Assembly (NCBI RefSeq): GCF_009914755.1
Contig: NC_060930.1
From: the human T2T-CHM13v2.0 reference genome, Homo sapiens
Reading direction: 5' to 3' (one strand)
DNA: 64,000 bases
The position numbers and the translations under genes were made by a program. Position 1 is the first letter of the stretch, and every line of letters starts with the position of its first letter. Below are positions 17,204 to 33,840 of this stretch, one piece after another. Below the pieces are notes generated by a model. The model searched no databases and was not told the DNA's origin. It worked only from the letters and a program-made list of their open reading frames with translations.

Positions 17204-17822
17204 CATAAGACTCATTTAAACCTGAAACTTTGTTTTTAAAAAGCAACACATTAAATCTTGATTACAGACTATTAATTGGGAATGAATTTTATATAATTCT
17301 TGTGTTTATCATTTATATTCATAAACCAAACTTAGTCAACTCTTATACAGCAAATATCTTCAACCGATGAAGCACTATTTGAATTTCCATTTTATTTTTG
17401 AAATCAAAATATAAATAGGATGATTTAAGTTTGCTGTTATAATCTACTGTAGAAAGAAATTTCTAATCTTTATTTATAAATGGACCCATGATTTATATGT
17501 ATTAAAAATTCAAAAATGGGGTACACACTCATTTATTAGCAATTCTGAATAGCTTGGAATTACCTCAAACATTTCTCTCTCAGATATTATCTATGAAGAA
17601 TAAATTGAATAAATAAGAGTATTTGTATAACTTCAAGTAAACAATGTTTTTTGTTATAATTCATATCTTACCTACTTCTAAAATTGAATTAAAGGAGCTT
17701 ATAATAAAAACCTATATATAATAAAATAATTTTTTGTTTTATTATTATTTATAGAGAAGACCATGCCCGATTCCTTAAAAGAAGAAATTTTTCAGCTTTG
17801 ATGCCTTTCCTTTATATACGGT

Positions 17823-18194
17823 TGATATGGTTTGGCTATGTCCCCACCCAAATCTCATCTTGAATTGTAGTACCCATAAGCCCCATGAGTCCTGGGGGGA
17901 CCCAACAGGAGGTAATTTAATCATGGGGGCAGTTACTTTCATGCTGTTCTCGTGATAGTGAGTGAGTTGTCATGAGATCTGATGGTTTCATAAGGGGCTT
18001 TTCCCCTTTTGGCTTGTTACTTCTCCTTGTTGCCATCATGTGAATAAGGGTGTGTTTGCCTCCCTTTCTGCCATGATTTAAGTTTCCTGAGGCTTCCCCA
18101 GCCATACTGAACTGTGAGTCAATTAAACCTCTTCCCTTTACAAATTACCCAGTCTCAGGTATGTCTTTACAAGCAGCGTGAGAATGGACTAACA
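17823..18194 (+). mobile_element. THE1 (THE1C-like, ERVL-MaLR) solo LTR
   Basis: tgatatggtttggctatgtccccacccaaatctcatcttgaattgtag..gagtcaattaaacctc..gagaatggactaaca. Confidence 0.93.
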
Positions 18195-20774
18195 ATAAAT
18201 TTTTTTAAAGAATACAATTTGAGTGAGGACAATAGTTGAATAACTGTTTTGCTATTCTAATTTTCAGATTGCTTCTCTCAAGAAGGACTTCCAGGAAGTA
18301 ATTCTTTGTTTGCCAGATTGGTTTTACTTACTGTACATATTGAAAATAATTTTAAAATTACAACAAAATAATAGTGTGTGAACATTCACATTTAAACTAA
18401 CCTTTCCCAAAATTGTTTAAAATAGTAGGATTTTAATAGTACATAAGGGAGAGGGTCACTAAACTCTGGGCGAATCTATCCAGCAGCTTAATTCCAACTG
18501 GTTAGAAAAAGGCAAGGAACTTAATTGTTTATTGCTGCAAATAAATGCAGTATAACTGAGCACTTAGCTTTAATATGCTAATAAGCCAGTTTTATTCCTT
18601 TAAAGATGATTCTTCCTGCCTTGATTACAAACTTTATTAATGCTGGTTGCATACATGAATAAACAATCACTATACTCTCTCCCCAGTAGCAACCTTGGGG
18701 TGGCGATGGGTGGGAATTAGGACAGGGGCCAACAAGCCTAAGTCTAGACATGTTTGTGAATCTCTTTCCTTAAGTCTCCATTGTTCATTGTTTGCCTTCT
18801 TCATCCCTTAATTCAAGAGGTACTTCCTCCTTCCCTGGCCTCAATCGTCCTGTTTACATCTCTGTATTCCACCTGGGTCCCCATATCCGGCCCCAATGGC
18901 CACTACATAGCCAGTATTTTTCTTGTAGAGTTTTCACTCCTGATTCTTAAATTAACATGTAAATGAGAAAGTCATCCCTCTCTTAAAAATAAAAAATATA
19001 TATTTTTAAATTTCTGGTTCAGCAGCTCAACTTATCTGTATTGTTCATATTCCTTACTTCTGCCTTACCAGGATAGCTAATGTTAATTTACAGATGACTG
19101 CCAGCTTCATTTTTCGTATTGCATGTCAAATAGACAGATGCCTTATCCTTTTGTTTTCTCTCTCATAGTGTGAAATTGACCACCTTACTTCTGTCTCCTT
19201 TAACTCTTACCCCCCTGTGAGACCACAATAAGTACTGTAAACTGTGTGAAGTATAATGACTAACGCCAAATAATTGGGTTTATCTGCTCAAGGGAAAAAG
19301 GTGCAGTTGAACTAGAAGTACATTAAGCCTTTCACTCCTGAAGGAATGTGTTTATTCTGGCAAGAATTTTCCAGTAAATTTCCATTAAGATAGCATGTGC
19401 AGAAAAATGCAAGGTCATTGAGTAACACCATTGTTACATAAATACACCATCTATATCAAGCCTTGCTTTCAAAACATGCATAAAGCAAAAATTGAATAGC
19501 TTAGTGCTGATGAATTGACTCAATATTTTGACTTTAATAAGATTCAGAAGCTGAATAGGTTTGTGATAACCTAAAAATACTGAGTCATGGAAAAGAGGAA
19601 TTTTCTTTTTCTTTTGTCTGTATTTTTTTTTGATCACTGGTAAATACTGCAAGAACACATTTTCATTTTTAAATAAGAGGGGATGAGGAGTGGGAAGGAG
19701 ACAGCCATTCAGTAATAGACTACCCTCCTTGGTCAACCTGCCACGTATTTTTTAATTTGTCTAAAAATGTAAGTGAACATTCCTTCAGTTTACATCAATG
19801 AACATGTTGTGTTACTTCTTTTCTTTGTAGAATATATTCTACTTTTGTACTTCAGACAGGCAGTGACTAAAAGTCTGGACCTTCCTAAAACTGTTCTGCT
19901 AAGAGGCCAGTTAACTAGTTTCCTCTTTTCTGTTTTTAGGAGTATGTTATATGATATCATGTTCATTCTGCAAATGGGGTTCAAAAACATAAAGCAACAT
20001 CTGCTAGATGTAATGAAGTACAGAGCAGAAATATTTTATATTTCCAAAAGATCCAAGTTGACACATGGTGTTGAAATCAAAGAAACACACAGTTTATACC
20101 ACAGGCAACTACCAGTGACCCCTACCTGACTTTCTAGCAAGCAATTATTCCAAGTTCCTTCCTCCTCCCTCTCCCTCCGGAATTCTGTGTGCTAATCGTG
20201 CCATGGATATGCTTCAGAAGCTCCCGCATTTCTCACCTTTTACAACTATAATGACAGAACTAGACGCTGTCCTCTAAAGGAAGTTGCCAGAGTTGCTCTA
20301 TAAAGAATCGCTTCCTAGCTTGCTGTACAAGTCACGCTCTTTCCAATACACCAGAGTATAATCATTTTGCCTTTTTTTACCATGAACACTCACATCACAA
20401 GCAAATATTCACTTTACAGATCCTGATGGGCCTTCCTGGAATCTTCTTTTCCATCTTGCTAGCATGTCCTCCATGCTCTGTTTACAAAAATGAGGGCTTT
20501 GTTTTGTTGTATTTTCCCAAGGTATATGCTATCCCATTTTCCCGTGATACATTTTCCACCTGGTCAGTGAATTTCAAAGGCACTGATATCATTCAGGGTA
20601 TGAGTAATAATGCCTGTTATTTATTTTGTCATAGCAAATATTAAACTGGTCTGACATTTTTTCTTTACAAAGAGGTGGGGGTTGCCATTGATTATACTGA
20701 GGTCAGCTAGAAGATTGATGATTTATTCTGCTATCAATGCAGTCAGCTCAGTCAGCAAAATGAAATGGAAACAT

Positions 20775-20940
20775 ATGGAACTGGGAGTCTAAGTACCAAA
20801 TGATTCCAGCTCTACTTAACTGCAATCTTTGGTAAATCACTCACTTTCTCTACTCCTCACTTTTCCTATCTAAAAAATGGGAAGAATAACAATGGCCTTG
20901 CTTGCTTTGTTTGTTGTGAAAATTCTTACTGAAGTGCCTC
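20775..20940 (+). mobile_element. MIR fragment
   Basis: ccagctctacttaactg..aaatcactcactttctct..ttttcctatctaaaaaatggg. Confidence 0.7.
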
Positions 20941-21036
20941 ATAGGTAACCATGAAAAAGGTCCCCTAGGTAAATTTGTGCTGTACTAACTGCCCCTCCCA
21001 CTGTTTAATAAGGTCTAGAGGAATCACATATCCTCT

Positions 21037-21521
21037 AGAATATTCTCAAGCTTTGTGGTCTCAGGACTCCTTTACACACTTAAGATTGTTCTAAGACCCT
21101 CAAAGAGCTTTGGCTTATGTAGGCGATATCTACTGATATTTATAATATTAAACGCAGAAACAAAATATTTTAAATGCTATTCACTTAAGAATAAACATCT
21201 TCACATAGATAACATTAAAAAGGCCATTTTTCAAATAAAAATAGTGAGATGAGTAGCACTGTTTTATATTTTTGAAACTGCCTTTAATGTCAAGCTTAAT
21301 AGAAGACATCTGGATTCTTACATCTGCTTCTGCGTTCAATCTTTTACAATATTACAGTTCATGTCGTCTCTGGGAAACTCCACTGTATTCTCATGAGAGA
21401 GTGAGAGTGAAAGAGGCAAATAACATCTTAGCGTTATTATGAAAACAGTTTTACTCTCCTAGACACCTGAAAGGGTCTGGAGAGCCTCAGGTGTTCCCAG
21501 ACCACGCTTTGAAAACCACTG
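21037..21521 (+). mobile_element. Charlie4a-like hAT DNA transposon
   Basis: Starts ttctcaagctttgtggtctcaggactcctttacac and ends gaccacgctttgaaaaccactg. Confidence 0.82.
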
Positions 21522-22763
21522 TTTTAAGAATTCTCAAAAACAACACATAATGGGTCTGAAAATGCACGTTTCAATTCTATGGGCAAAACTCCAGAAAGCC
21601 CTCTGAGAGAAACAGACTTGCTTTCCTAGTGACTGGACTTATTTCTTTGTTTTTGTTTAGTTCTGTATCTTTTCACAAAAACTGGGACTTATTCCAATAT
21701 ATCCATATTTAATTTATACTATAATGACAAAGAATTAAAATGTCTTTAAAAAAAACCCCTCCCTTGCCAATACTGTTAATCATTTGCTGGTGTCCATTAT
21801 GTGTAAGGGGCAGAAGTTCTCTCTGGGCATCCCCTTTTGGCCAGTATATTTGAAAATTGCCTTAATGTGCCTTTGTCATCCCTACCCTCTACCTAAAACT
21901 CCTTCAGGGCAGATTTATTTGTAAGTAGGATGTTTCTTCTGAGCTCGTATATTTAACTATCTGGTCCAATTTCTACCTTGTGTTCCCTACCCTGTTTAAA
22001 GTCCTATCGTGATGCTTTCTATCCAGTCTGTCTCCTGCTTCTGACCCTTCGAGGCATTTTTGTGCCCCAAAGTCAGCTTTCTTGAAGACCTCTGATCCTA
22101 GCACCTGTTTTGTTTTGTTTTCTTATAAGATCCTTTCTAAAAACGATATACTTTCTTTCATGTTCCCTATCCCACTTTTATTTCCATGCAGGACAAGAAG
22201 TGACTGAGTTGGGATATACATACAGTATAAGACAGAAGAATAAAATTTATTTTTGTTTTGGCTTCGTTCTGTTTTAATGTGTAAAAAAAAAAAAGGCAGT
22301 GGGGTGGGGGTTCTTCCTCAGATCATGACATATAAACCATAATGACTAAGAATATTTTAGAAGAAGCCATATGTATTGAAGTGTAAACATTAGAATGCTA
22401 TTGCACCTCAGAGATTTAAACCTATCCCATTATTTTCTAGATGAGATAATGAGGCCTCAAGGTTAAATCTTCCCCAATTTTACCCAGCAAAGGGGTGATA
22501 GAATCGAGATTAATGCCCTCATTTCTTCTTCAGTGGTCACTTTAATATGTCAAACAGACTAAAAAGGATAGGATTTACTTTGTTTTCCCCAGATGCATCA
22601 ATCTTTCTGAGTTTGTATTGCGTATAGCCAAGGCAAAAGTAATCTTGTTGACACAGTCTATAATTTGCACTTTCAAATGACCATTACATTTATCAAGAAA
22701 AAAATACATTTAAAAATCAAACCATATTTTTTTAAAAAGGATGAGAATTCTTTTCCAATGCAC

Positions 22764-23230
<467 letters not shown>

Positions 23231-23881
23231 TTGTGTCATGCTGGGCATAACTTTAAATATTCTGTTTTTTAAGAAACTTTGTTTTGTAAATTTTGAAATT
23301 TTAAAATTTAATACTGTGTCTTTACATTATCTCTATGTTAGAAAAAAAAAGCATGTTTCTCATGTGTAGATTTCTCTCTTTCATTTCAGCAGCGATATTA
23401 AAGAACTACTGTAATCACTATCATGGTGAGATGGTAAAGCTATTAATACTGTGTAATGGCCTTGTCCATCAGAATATGCTGAATTTGAATGACTATGAAG
23501 AGCTGCAGCCTACAAATGACCCAAGTCATTTTTACCCCTTCGAAGAGAATGCCTACTGTTGTTTAGCTGAAAGCAGTCATTATTAGAAGTGGCTCTGACA
23601 TCCAGGAAGAAAGAACACTGATAATGCCTGAAGGCAGTAAGAAGTTGATTAGAAAGCAATACCACATCACTCGCCCCACACACACCCATGCAACCATCAG
23701 AACCCAGAGAAAGAATCTAATCTCTTCTATCTGACTCAAATGCTATAGTCTTAAGGATGTACTGAATTTCACAGAAACTTACTTCTTTTCCTCTTTGCAT
23801 ATCTTACCCTTTTCATTTTGGGAAAAAAATGAAATTTACTTATTTCTTTCAGCTTTCCTTTTCTTTAAAAATAAAAGTCGC

Positions 23882-24191
<310 letters not shown>

Positions 24192-24510
24192 TTAACATCT
24201 TGTATAGTGCTTTATAGTTTTTCAGTGTTCACCCACTTCTTGCTTTGTTTTTTGCTACTCACTTTTGACAGTGGGTAGAAAAGAAAAAAAAAAAATCCTC
24301 AGCAGAACAATAAGCAAATGACCTGATTATCCTGTTTATGTCACATTACCTAAGCAAAACTGAGAAGACAAGCCCATTAATGACACTGTTAAGAACTAGC
24401 TTTGGAAACTTGGCTTTATCACTTTTAGAGAAATATATGACACAACCAATTCATAGGTGCTGGGTTTTTTGTTTGTTATTTATCGTTGCAGCTTTCACTC
24501 TACTTCGTCT

Positions 24511-24833
<323 letters not shown>

Positions 24834-26418
24834 TCACTCTACTTCTTGACATCACTAAAAGAATAGGGACATAGTAACCACCACCAGGTCTTGTAGAAAA
24901 AAGGGAGGGAAGGCCTAGAACGAAACGAATATGGGAAAGGCAGGAGACAGCCGAGGCAGGTTTCAAAAATTCACTTCCTTTTTAGATACAGACACAAGGA
25001 ACATATACAGGAAAATAGTAGACTATCACTGGCCAGACATAGGTTTCTTGCTTTAGAGCTCTGGTTCTGGGTAGAAGTGAGATCTTCTTTGTTCCTGAGC
25101 TTGCCAAATCTCTCAGGAAGCAGTTTTTCCTCCTCCATTGGAGATACAACTCAACAAGTAGCCAAATGGGAACCTAGGATTTTAATGTCAAAATCATCTT
25201 CCAAGACAAGGATGAAGGTATCTGTAGTGGGACTTTGACATAAAAATCTCAGGATCTTGGAACATTAGTTCAAAGCATATCCACTTCATTCTATTATCTG
25301 TCACCATGACTTGCATCCACCTGATACCCTGGACCTGATGTTCTTTCTCCAGGACCCTCTATCTTTTTCTTGTTCTGCCCAGCTGTAGAGCCATCTGGAA
25401 ATTAAACACCAGTAGCTACCTTGCACTTGGAGCATAGGCTCTCCAGTTTGATCTGTTTTCCAGCTGTCATTACTCAATTTCATATCTCAGTACCTTTCTC
25501 TGTGGGGCTGGAATAAGCTTGCTTGTGCAGCCTCCCCGCATTCCTTACCACATCCTACGCTGTGATGATCTGCTTGTGCGTGTGTCCCCACCATTAAATT
25601 ATGTGTTCCTTGGGGGCAAGAATCTATGTTTCTTTTTTCTTTTTTTTCCTCTTAGTATCCCTGGCTTCGAGCAAACTGCCATAGCAGATGTTGGTGAACT
25701 GTTCAATTATTAAAGTACTACTGCCTCTAAAATAATTTCTAAGGCATTTCTTATTTAATTGCACAAAACTACAAAGAAGTAAGAGAGGGATGAAAAGCAG
25801 ATAGTAAAGAAATCAGTCATTAGGAAACTCTAAAATTAATAAGGTAAATGTTCTATGTCTCCATGATGTTACTTGTGGATGTTTAGTCTACAAGTAGGTT
25901 TCCTAAAGGAAACAGAAACATACAAAAGGAAGGGCTGTGGTTGCATATGAGATTGTAACTAATATTAAATTACAAACAAGTTTCGGCTCAGAGTTTTTTT
26001 AAGCACACATTCCATAATTCCATTCATCACTTTAATCTTTAAAACAAATAAATATTTACTGAATGCCTTACTCTCTGGTTGGGTGCCTTATCACAGATGT
26101 TGCTTTAACCAAGCTCTTCAAACATTTAGTGTGAGGTAGATGACAAAAGACACCAGCACCAGTGATGGGTGGAATTTTCCAGTTCCTCACTGAACTAGTG
26201 GCCCAGACAACTCTTTCCAGCATAGGCCTCCAGGTCATGGCCTTTACTTCAGGATTGTCCCTAACACTCCTCAGGCCCTGCGGTGGTTCACCATTCCTTC
26301 TTCAGTAAGAATTTCATCTCCTCTCTGCCACTGTTATCCACTCGTTCTCCAGTCATCCCCTGCTCAATTAATTCCTGAGATTTAGACCAGTAATTTGAGG
26401 TTAACATCTATAGCTCCT

Positions 26419-26748
26419 TGCTCTGGCCTAAATGCTACTTATTCCCCACCAAATTCATATACTGAAATCCTAACTCTCAAGGAGATGCTATTAGAAAATG
26501 GAACCCTTAGGGAGGGGATTCATGCTCTAATAAAGGAGGCCCCAGATGGCAGCCTCGCCTCTTCCACAATGTGAAGGACATGGTGAGAAGGTGCCATCCG
26601 TGAGAAAGCCAGCCCTTCCAGACACCCAATCCACCAGCCCTTTGATCTTGAACTTTCCAGTTTCTGAAACTGTGAGAAATACATTTCTGTTGTTTATAGG
26701 CCACCTAGTTTATGGCATTTTGTTACAACAGCACAGACAGACTGAGAC
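26419..26748 (+). mobile_element. MLT1A-like MaLR solo LTR
   Basis: aaattcatatactgaaatcctaac..ttgatcttgaactttccag..ctgtgagaaatacatttctgttgtttata..gactgagaca. Confidence 0.88.
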
Positions 26749-28454
26749 ACCCTTCCTGGCATCCCTGCCCCTCCCCTGGTCTGTTTCTGAAGTTCTCCAG
26801 GGTTTGCCTGAAGCCCCCTCGCAGTCCATTATTAAAGTTGTTCTTTCCCAAGATGGAGGCCAGCTTCCTCAGAACAACTGTCTAGTACTCAGTTCTTGTT
26901 TCACAGCAATCATGTAGCTTCAGAGGTAGTGATCACATCTAAATTTTTGTCAACCTTTACCCATTCATTTTTATTGTTCTCGCCAAATCAAATTCTTCAC
27001 CTTTTCAGTTTCAAAGCTGTGCTCCTGTTTCCTTTCTGAGAAATCTATCAAGTCCTGAAGACATTTTCAGGGATGAAATGAAGAAAGATTCACTAGTGAA
27101 GATTAAAGGTTTTTCCACCTCCCCTCATATTCTTGAACTGGTCATTCAAAATTCCCCCATCATAATTTCTATTAGTTCAGAATCTCATCACTACAGTTTG
27201 CCAACACACCTTAAACATGCAATACAGATAAATTTACGCCAAGATACAAATTCCCTCACATATAAGACTTAATATGCTTCAAGATCTGGGATCCAAGAAA
27301 AGTATTTAAATATCATCCAGGAATTTCATTCTGGCTGCTGACTGACTACAGATTTATAAATTATAATGCTCTGATATCCCTTCAGTTCATAAAAAGTTGC
27401 TATTGATTCATAATACCTGTCATGATATAAGCACTAACAAAATACTTGTTGACATAACACAAAATTATAAACAATGTTTTGAAATTTAATGTTAGAATAG
27501 TACTGAATATAATCGTGGTTTTCCTTATTTCCTATAGCAAATATATTGCCCTTCAGTAGGACTTTCATATAACTTTCCATGCTAATAAAAACATCAACAC
27601 AAGGCAATGGTGAATTTAAAAAAAAATCTGATAATAACGAAAGCTACATACACACCATATTATGAAAGAGACATGGGCATTATTATTAAACTCTTCTCAG
27701 TTCTTTGTGATTATCCACTGCAATAAGGTAGAGAAATCATCTCATATCTCAATGAGAGTAGGGGAGTATAAAACCAACATTCCACCAGCCAGCAAAAGAA
27801 AAAACACAGACAAACACTGGATGAAAATATTAAAAGTGAAAGGAGATTTGTGTTTATGTTAGAAAATATAAATGGAGAAGATATTTATAAAGTAATGTTG
27901 GTAAATAGTAATAGAACAATTAAAAACAGCAGCACTTCCGTGGTAAATACCTAGATAGGAAAAAAGAAAACTGCTTCCTTTATGCTATAACTGTAATTTT
28001 ATGAGTAGCTCAAAATCAACTTCAAACATTACAATGCTCCACTGGTAAGTATAGAAGGCCGGGAAGTGTTTTTATATGCAAGGTACTAAAAGTCAGCTCT
28101 ACTAGGGGGACAGAGAGGATGGAGAAATAACTTCCAGCCAAGCAAATAATTTAGCCAAACTTAGAAACAATTCATTTATGTTTTCTACTAAATGTCTTCA
28201 GCAGTCAGTAACAAAGTAGAATATGTGAATACTACTACAAAACAATCTTTCTTAAGTGAGATTATCTAAAGCCACTTTTTTCTTAGCATGTTTGAAATGC
28301 TGAGCCCATGACAGATGTGAATGCAAGCAGCCTAAAAGATACATGAAATATAAAACAAGAACTAAAGACAATTTCCACATGCAAAAAGCTACTTGTGGGT
28401 TAGGGCAGGGAATTTAACCTTAACATTTGAAGGAAAAAAAAAAAATCCGACTCA

Positions 28455-28658
28455 CCAGCCTGGGCAACATAGTGAGACATTGTCTCTACAAAAAATAAAA
28501 CAATTAGCCAGGCACAGTGGCATGTGACTGTAGTCCCAGCTACTCAGGAGGCTGAGGTGAGAGGATCCCTTGAGCCCAGAACTTCAAGGCTACAGTGAGC
28601 TATGATCATATCACAGCCCTTCAGCCTGGGTGACAGAGCGAGACCCTGTCTGGAAAAA
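28455..28658 (+). mobile_element. 5'-truncated AluJ
   Basis: Begins at accagcctgggcaacatagtgagac. Right arm has aggctacagtgagctatgatc. Confidence 0.9.
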
Positions 28659-29623
28659 CATACACACACACACCTCACAAAAACAAGCATTTTCAGTAAA
28701 AGCCACTGAGCTTTGTTTAGAGGATAGGAACAGAGCTCATAGGGCAGTGAGGCCTAACATGAATATGAGGGACGGACAAAGGTTTTACAGGAAGGGATTG
28801 TGGGAACCTGAAAAAGGTGAGGGGAGGAGAGGTAGACGGTAGAGAAAAACACTTTTAATAAGGAAACACAGTTAATGCCATTCTTGTGCAATGCCACATC
28901 ATCTAGCACAATATGGGCATACTGAGCTCCAGCAAATGCCACCCACAGACACATCAAATTCTAGGCGGATTAAACCCCAGAAGCTGGAAGTTTATGACCC
29001 TGTCCTAGCTTAATTTCTGTCCTGATCCTTAAGAAATATCTCTACTTTCCAACCCTTAGTCTCGGGCTCATTACCAGGCTTACACTAGCCTACTGCTTAC
29101 CTATTTTTCACATGGAGTAGCAAAATTCCCACTTAACCAAAAGCAATATGGCATCAGGTTCCAAAATGTCATTCCCTGTGGGGATCTGAAACAGCTGAAG
29201 AAGAGCGTAAGTAGTTCATGGCCTCAAGCGTTGCCCCGCTAGCTACAGCCAACGCTGTCTTGGCACTCTATAGAAAGCTGATTCTGTATCAGTGTCCCAT
29301 TCAAGGACTTCCGCCTCTAGTCTTCCATTTCCATCCCTCTGGTTCTCCTCTACTTTTCCCATCGCTACACACCTGGATCCTCCTCTCTGCCCAGTTCCTA
29401 TAAAGAAATGATCCAAGTTGACTGATTTCTACTTCTCCCCAAAATGCTGTCTGCTACATCACTTTCCTGAGCCCTAAATTCTGCACCGGCCAAGGCTCCC
29501 AGGACCTCGACTGAACCTCAGCAGAGGTCTGAGCTACCCATGCCCCTGCTTGTCAGGAAAGAGAGGTGGAAGAAAGAACTGTTGTGTCAGAAATCCATCA
29601 CTTCAGAAGAGATTAGTTAATGA

Positions 29624-30068
<445 letters not shown>

Positions 30069-30970
30069 TCACAGCCATGGAAGCCAGTGTAGATGACAGC
30101 ATCAAAAATAGAACTTCCTTTACCATCTTGCCAGAATAAGTCTACAGAAAGATCAAGGTTGTCAGATACTCTAAGGTAAAGATCAAAGACTTAGAACTTT
30201 TTCTTGTTCTTTTTTTTTTAACTCAGGTGTTTGAGGGCCAATTGTTAAAGGCTCTTACCTCATGAATGACTTCAGTTATTTGCAAAAGCCAGTTCCGTAA
30301 AGTAAAATGCAGTTTTTATAAGACAAATATTGTTAAACTCTAAACAAACTTTCATACGCCAACCAATCTAATAGAGAAATGCTAATTTCTTAATGCAATA
30401 GTTTTATGAATACAGTTTTACTGGACAATGCCTACATTTATTCATTGGTCTTCTCTCATTACAGATATTAATCAGAATTATGCACTTAGGTTTTATTATA
30501 AAAATCATTGCAGTTATGGTTTTAAAAAGAACTTCACCCACATAATATACATTTTCCATTTCAAGTAACACAGGAGACACTGAAAAAAACAGTGAAACTG
30601 GAATGAAGTCAATGATTCAATGTTTTGATGGAGTGATACTATAGAACTTGAGTTCTTGCTTGTTAATAATAAACAGATCACTAAAGCTGTGATTCACACA
30701 TTCATTCAACAACTACTGACTCCCTATTAATTGCAAGGCAACTATACATGCTGATGTTTGAAGTCCAAAGAAGCACAGGGCTTTACCACTGATCTCTGAA
30801 TCTACATTTTGATAGAGGAGATAAAATATGTAGGGAAACAGTAATACAGGGCAGCCTGGCTTCACACCATATGAGTGGGACAAACAACAGGTGTTGCAGT
30901 GCTCACTGCTAGTTAAACATAGGCAAGGACAAGATGCCAAAAAGTGCTTAAAAATGTCAGTAGCACAGTA

Positions 30971-31351
<381 letters not shown>

Positions 31352-33536
31352 TTAATAAAGCTCTCCCAGAGCCAACAGTGTCTTGTTTGATTCAATTTTA
31401 TTTCCCTCTAACTTAAGCCCATTTCCTCTGAGCAAATAAAGAAGTAATCAGTGTCCTCTTTATATTAATCCCCTCCTGGGAAAAGTTTAAGGCAGTCCTT
31501 TATCATACCTTGAGTTGGCCAATGAGTTTTACTCCTTTACTTTTTCCCCCTGTATTTTAAAAAGCAATGTCTTATAAATACAACCTGAAGTACACATTCT
31601 TATTGACATCCAAATCATGAAGTACCTACAGATAATAGCATATCATCTTTGTTCTGAAATTTTTCCATTGGGCCTTTTTCAGATTGGCTCTTACTCTGCA
31701 AATGAAAGCTCCAAGTTGACATTAATTTTAGAAACAGGTACATATTTAGGCCCAGGTGGGAAGTCCTTGGCACAGATACCAAAGTTAAAAGCCTAATCAT
31801 AAATGTTTTTTGCTTCCTGAGGAAATTAGCACTGTTATTAATTGCTTTCCATGGTTCTCGTTTCTTTTTAAGAAAGGCTTTGCTGATCATTTGCATTAAT
31901 ATTATGCTAATAAAAGGGGATAGTAACTAGTTTAGTCTCTTCAGTAGTAACTACTGATCAAAGAGAGGTAATTTGCATGTTTTCTTAATTGGAGTGAGCT
32001 GGCATTTTACACACTCATTGTCACCATTTTTGAAATTAAAAAAAAAAAAAAAAAAACAACTTAATACATGTTGGGCCAGACTGGACAGGAGCAATTTCTC
32101 CAATGGAATCATCTAAACTCAAGTATTTCAAGAGACATTTTGCTTCTAAGCATGAATCCCAAATGACAAGGATGAGTATTCAAACACAGGGCAACCATCT
32201 GCATCGCAAAATACATTTCAGTTCCTCTCTGCAGAAGGAATTCATTTACTGTGGAAGGCCATTCACTTCCACTTCTGAGTGCTTATTCCTCAAAAAGCTT
32301 CCAAGTACTGTGAGAACAATGATTAAAAGAGGATCTTTCCATCTGTGCTGCATTAGGCTGCAACACAGACCCTCCTGCAGAAACAGTTTTTGCATAATTC
32401 ATTATGCCATTTTAAACCCTAATCAGTGAATTGCAATAAGCGATGGAGTATGCATGACAGAAAAGAGACCGACATTTATTAGCTGCCTCCTAAGCATTCA
32501 CCTAATCCTTACTTTGGGCTATTGCTCCATGAATCATAGTATACGGTCACTCATCTTATCTCCAATAGGTTCTTATTCCCACCTGAAGTGTTGTCATCAT
32601 TTTTAGCCCATACTAATGTCTCCAGAAAAAGTGTTTCTTACACCATTATCACTGTATAGTGTGGGAAGGAACTACTACTGGAAGAGAGAAGGTGGCATAT
32701 CTTCAGGTCTACTGTTCACCGTGTGAGCATGGCTGATACATCCTACAAGAAACATCCTACAAAAGGAATGACAATATCTTGTCTCTTCTCCTTCTAAAAA
32801 ATCATATAGCACTAACTTGTTAGTAGTGATTTTTCACCTATAAAGCCATAATTTCACCTGCCACTTTGCCTTGGAAGTGGCAAGCAAGGACCTCTCTGGG
32901 TCCCAACTTACACCTCAACCACAGAATCTTTGTCTTGATTTTGTTATTTGGAGATCTGTTTAAGGATGCACTGGAAAAGAATTTTATGATTACAAAAAAA
33001 TTAAAATAAAATTGCCTTAGGCACCTCAAATGGAAAAAAAAAAACATAAAAGTGATAGAATCCTTAAGCTTTAAACACTGAAAAACTGATTAAGCAGAAG
33101 GTATCAATGATGGCATGCAATGTGTATAATTTTAAATCAGCAAAATTAGTGAGAAACTGTGTGGACATCAGGGTTGAGGATGCAGACAAATCTTACGCTA
33201 AAATTTTTCACTTTCCATTTCTAATCTCCTAGGTCATGGTAAAAAGAAAAACAATATATTTTGAGTTTTCTATTTATAGGTAACAGTAACATCTGACATA
33301 TGATAAAGTTCTTCAGTTTGGTGATTCAGTAAGAATCAAGAGAATCATCTCAAAAACACAACTTGAACTGAGTTCACTGGTAGAGTCTTCACTGAAACAA
33401 ATTTAAAGTCAGTAACTCATAAGAATTGAAAACAACTAAACATCACTTTATGGAATCTTAAAAAGCACAATTGTGGGGGTAATGGGAAACCTTCCGGAGG
33501 TGCTTCAAATATGAGAAATAAATTGATATTTTAGAA

Positions 33537-33840
33537 CAGTGCTGGCCAATAGAAATAAAAGGTGAGGACGAAAGTTATTTAATTTTTTTTTAGTAACTAC
33601 ATTTACAAAAGTGAAAAGCAGATCAAATTAATGTTAATTTTAACCCACGCAATATACACCAAATATCATCACTGCAACATGTAATAAATATGGCAATTAT
33701 TAATGAAATCCTTTTTATTCCATTCTATGTCTTTGAAATCCTGCACATAATTTGCACTTCCATCATAACTAAATTTGGAGCAGACAGTCCAAGTGTTCAA
33801 TGACCACAGGTTGCTGATGACTACTGTCTTGACAGGGTAG
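33537..33840 (+). mobile_element. MER33 hAT-Charlie element
   Basis: cagtgctggccaatagaaata..caacatgtaat..caagtgttcaatgaccaca..ctactgtcttgacag. Confidence 0.82.

Noticed and set aside
26008-26025. Apparent tandem TEAD (CATTCC) sites, tempting because ARHGAP18 is linked to YAP signalling
   Set aside because: Spacing is 8 nt rather than the cooperative 9 nt, and single CATTCC hexamers are expected many times by chance in 64 kb.
26546-26917. 123-aa ORF
   Set aside because: Mostly MLT1A LTR sequence.
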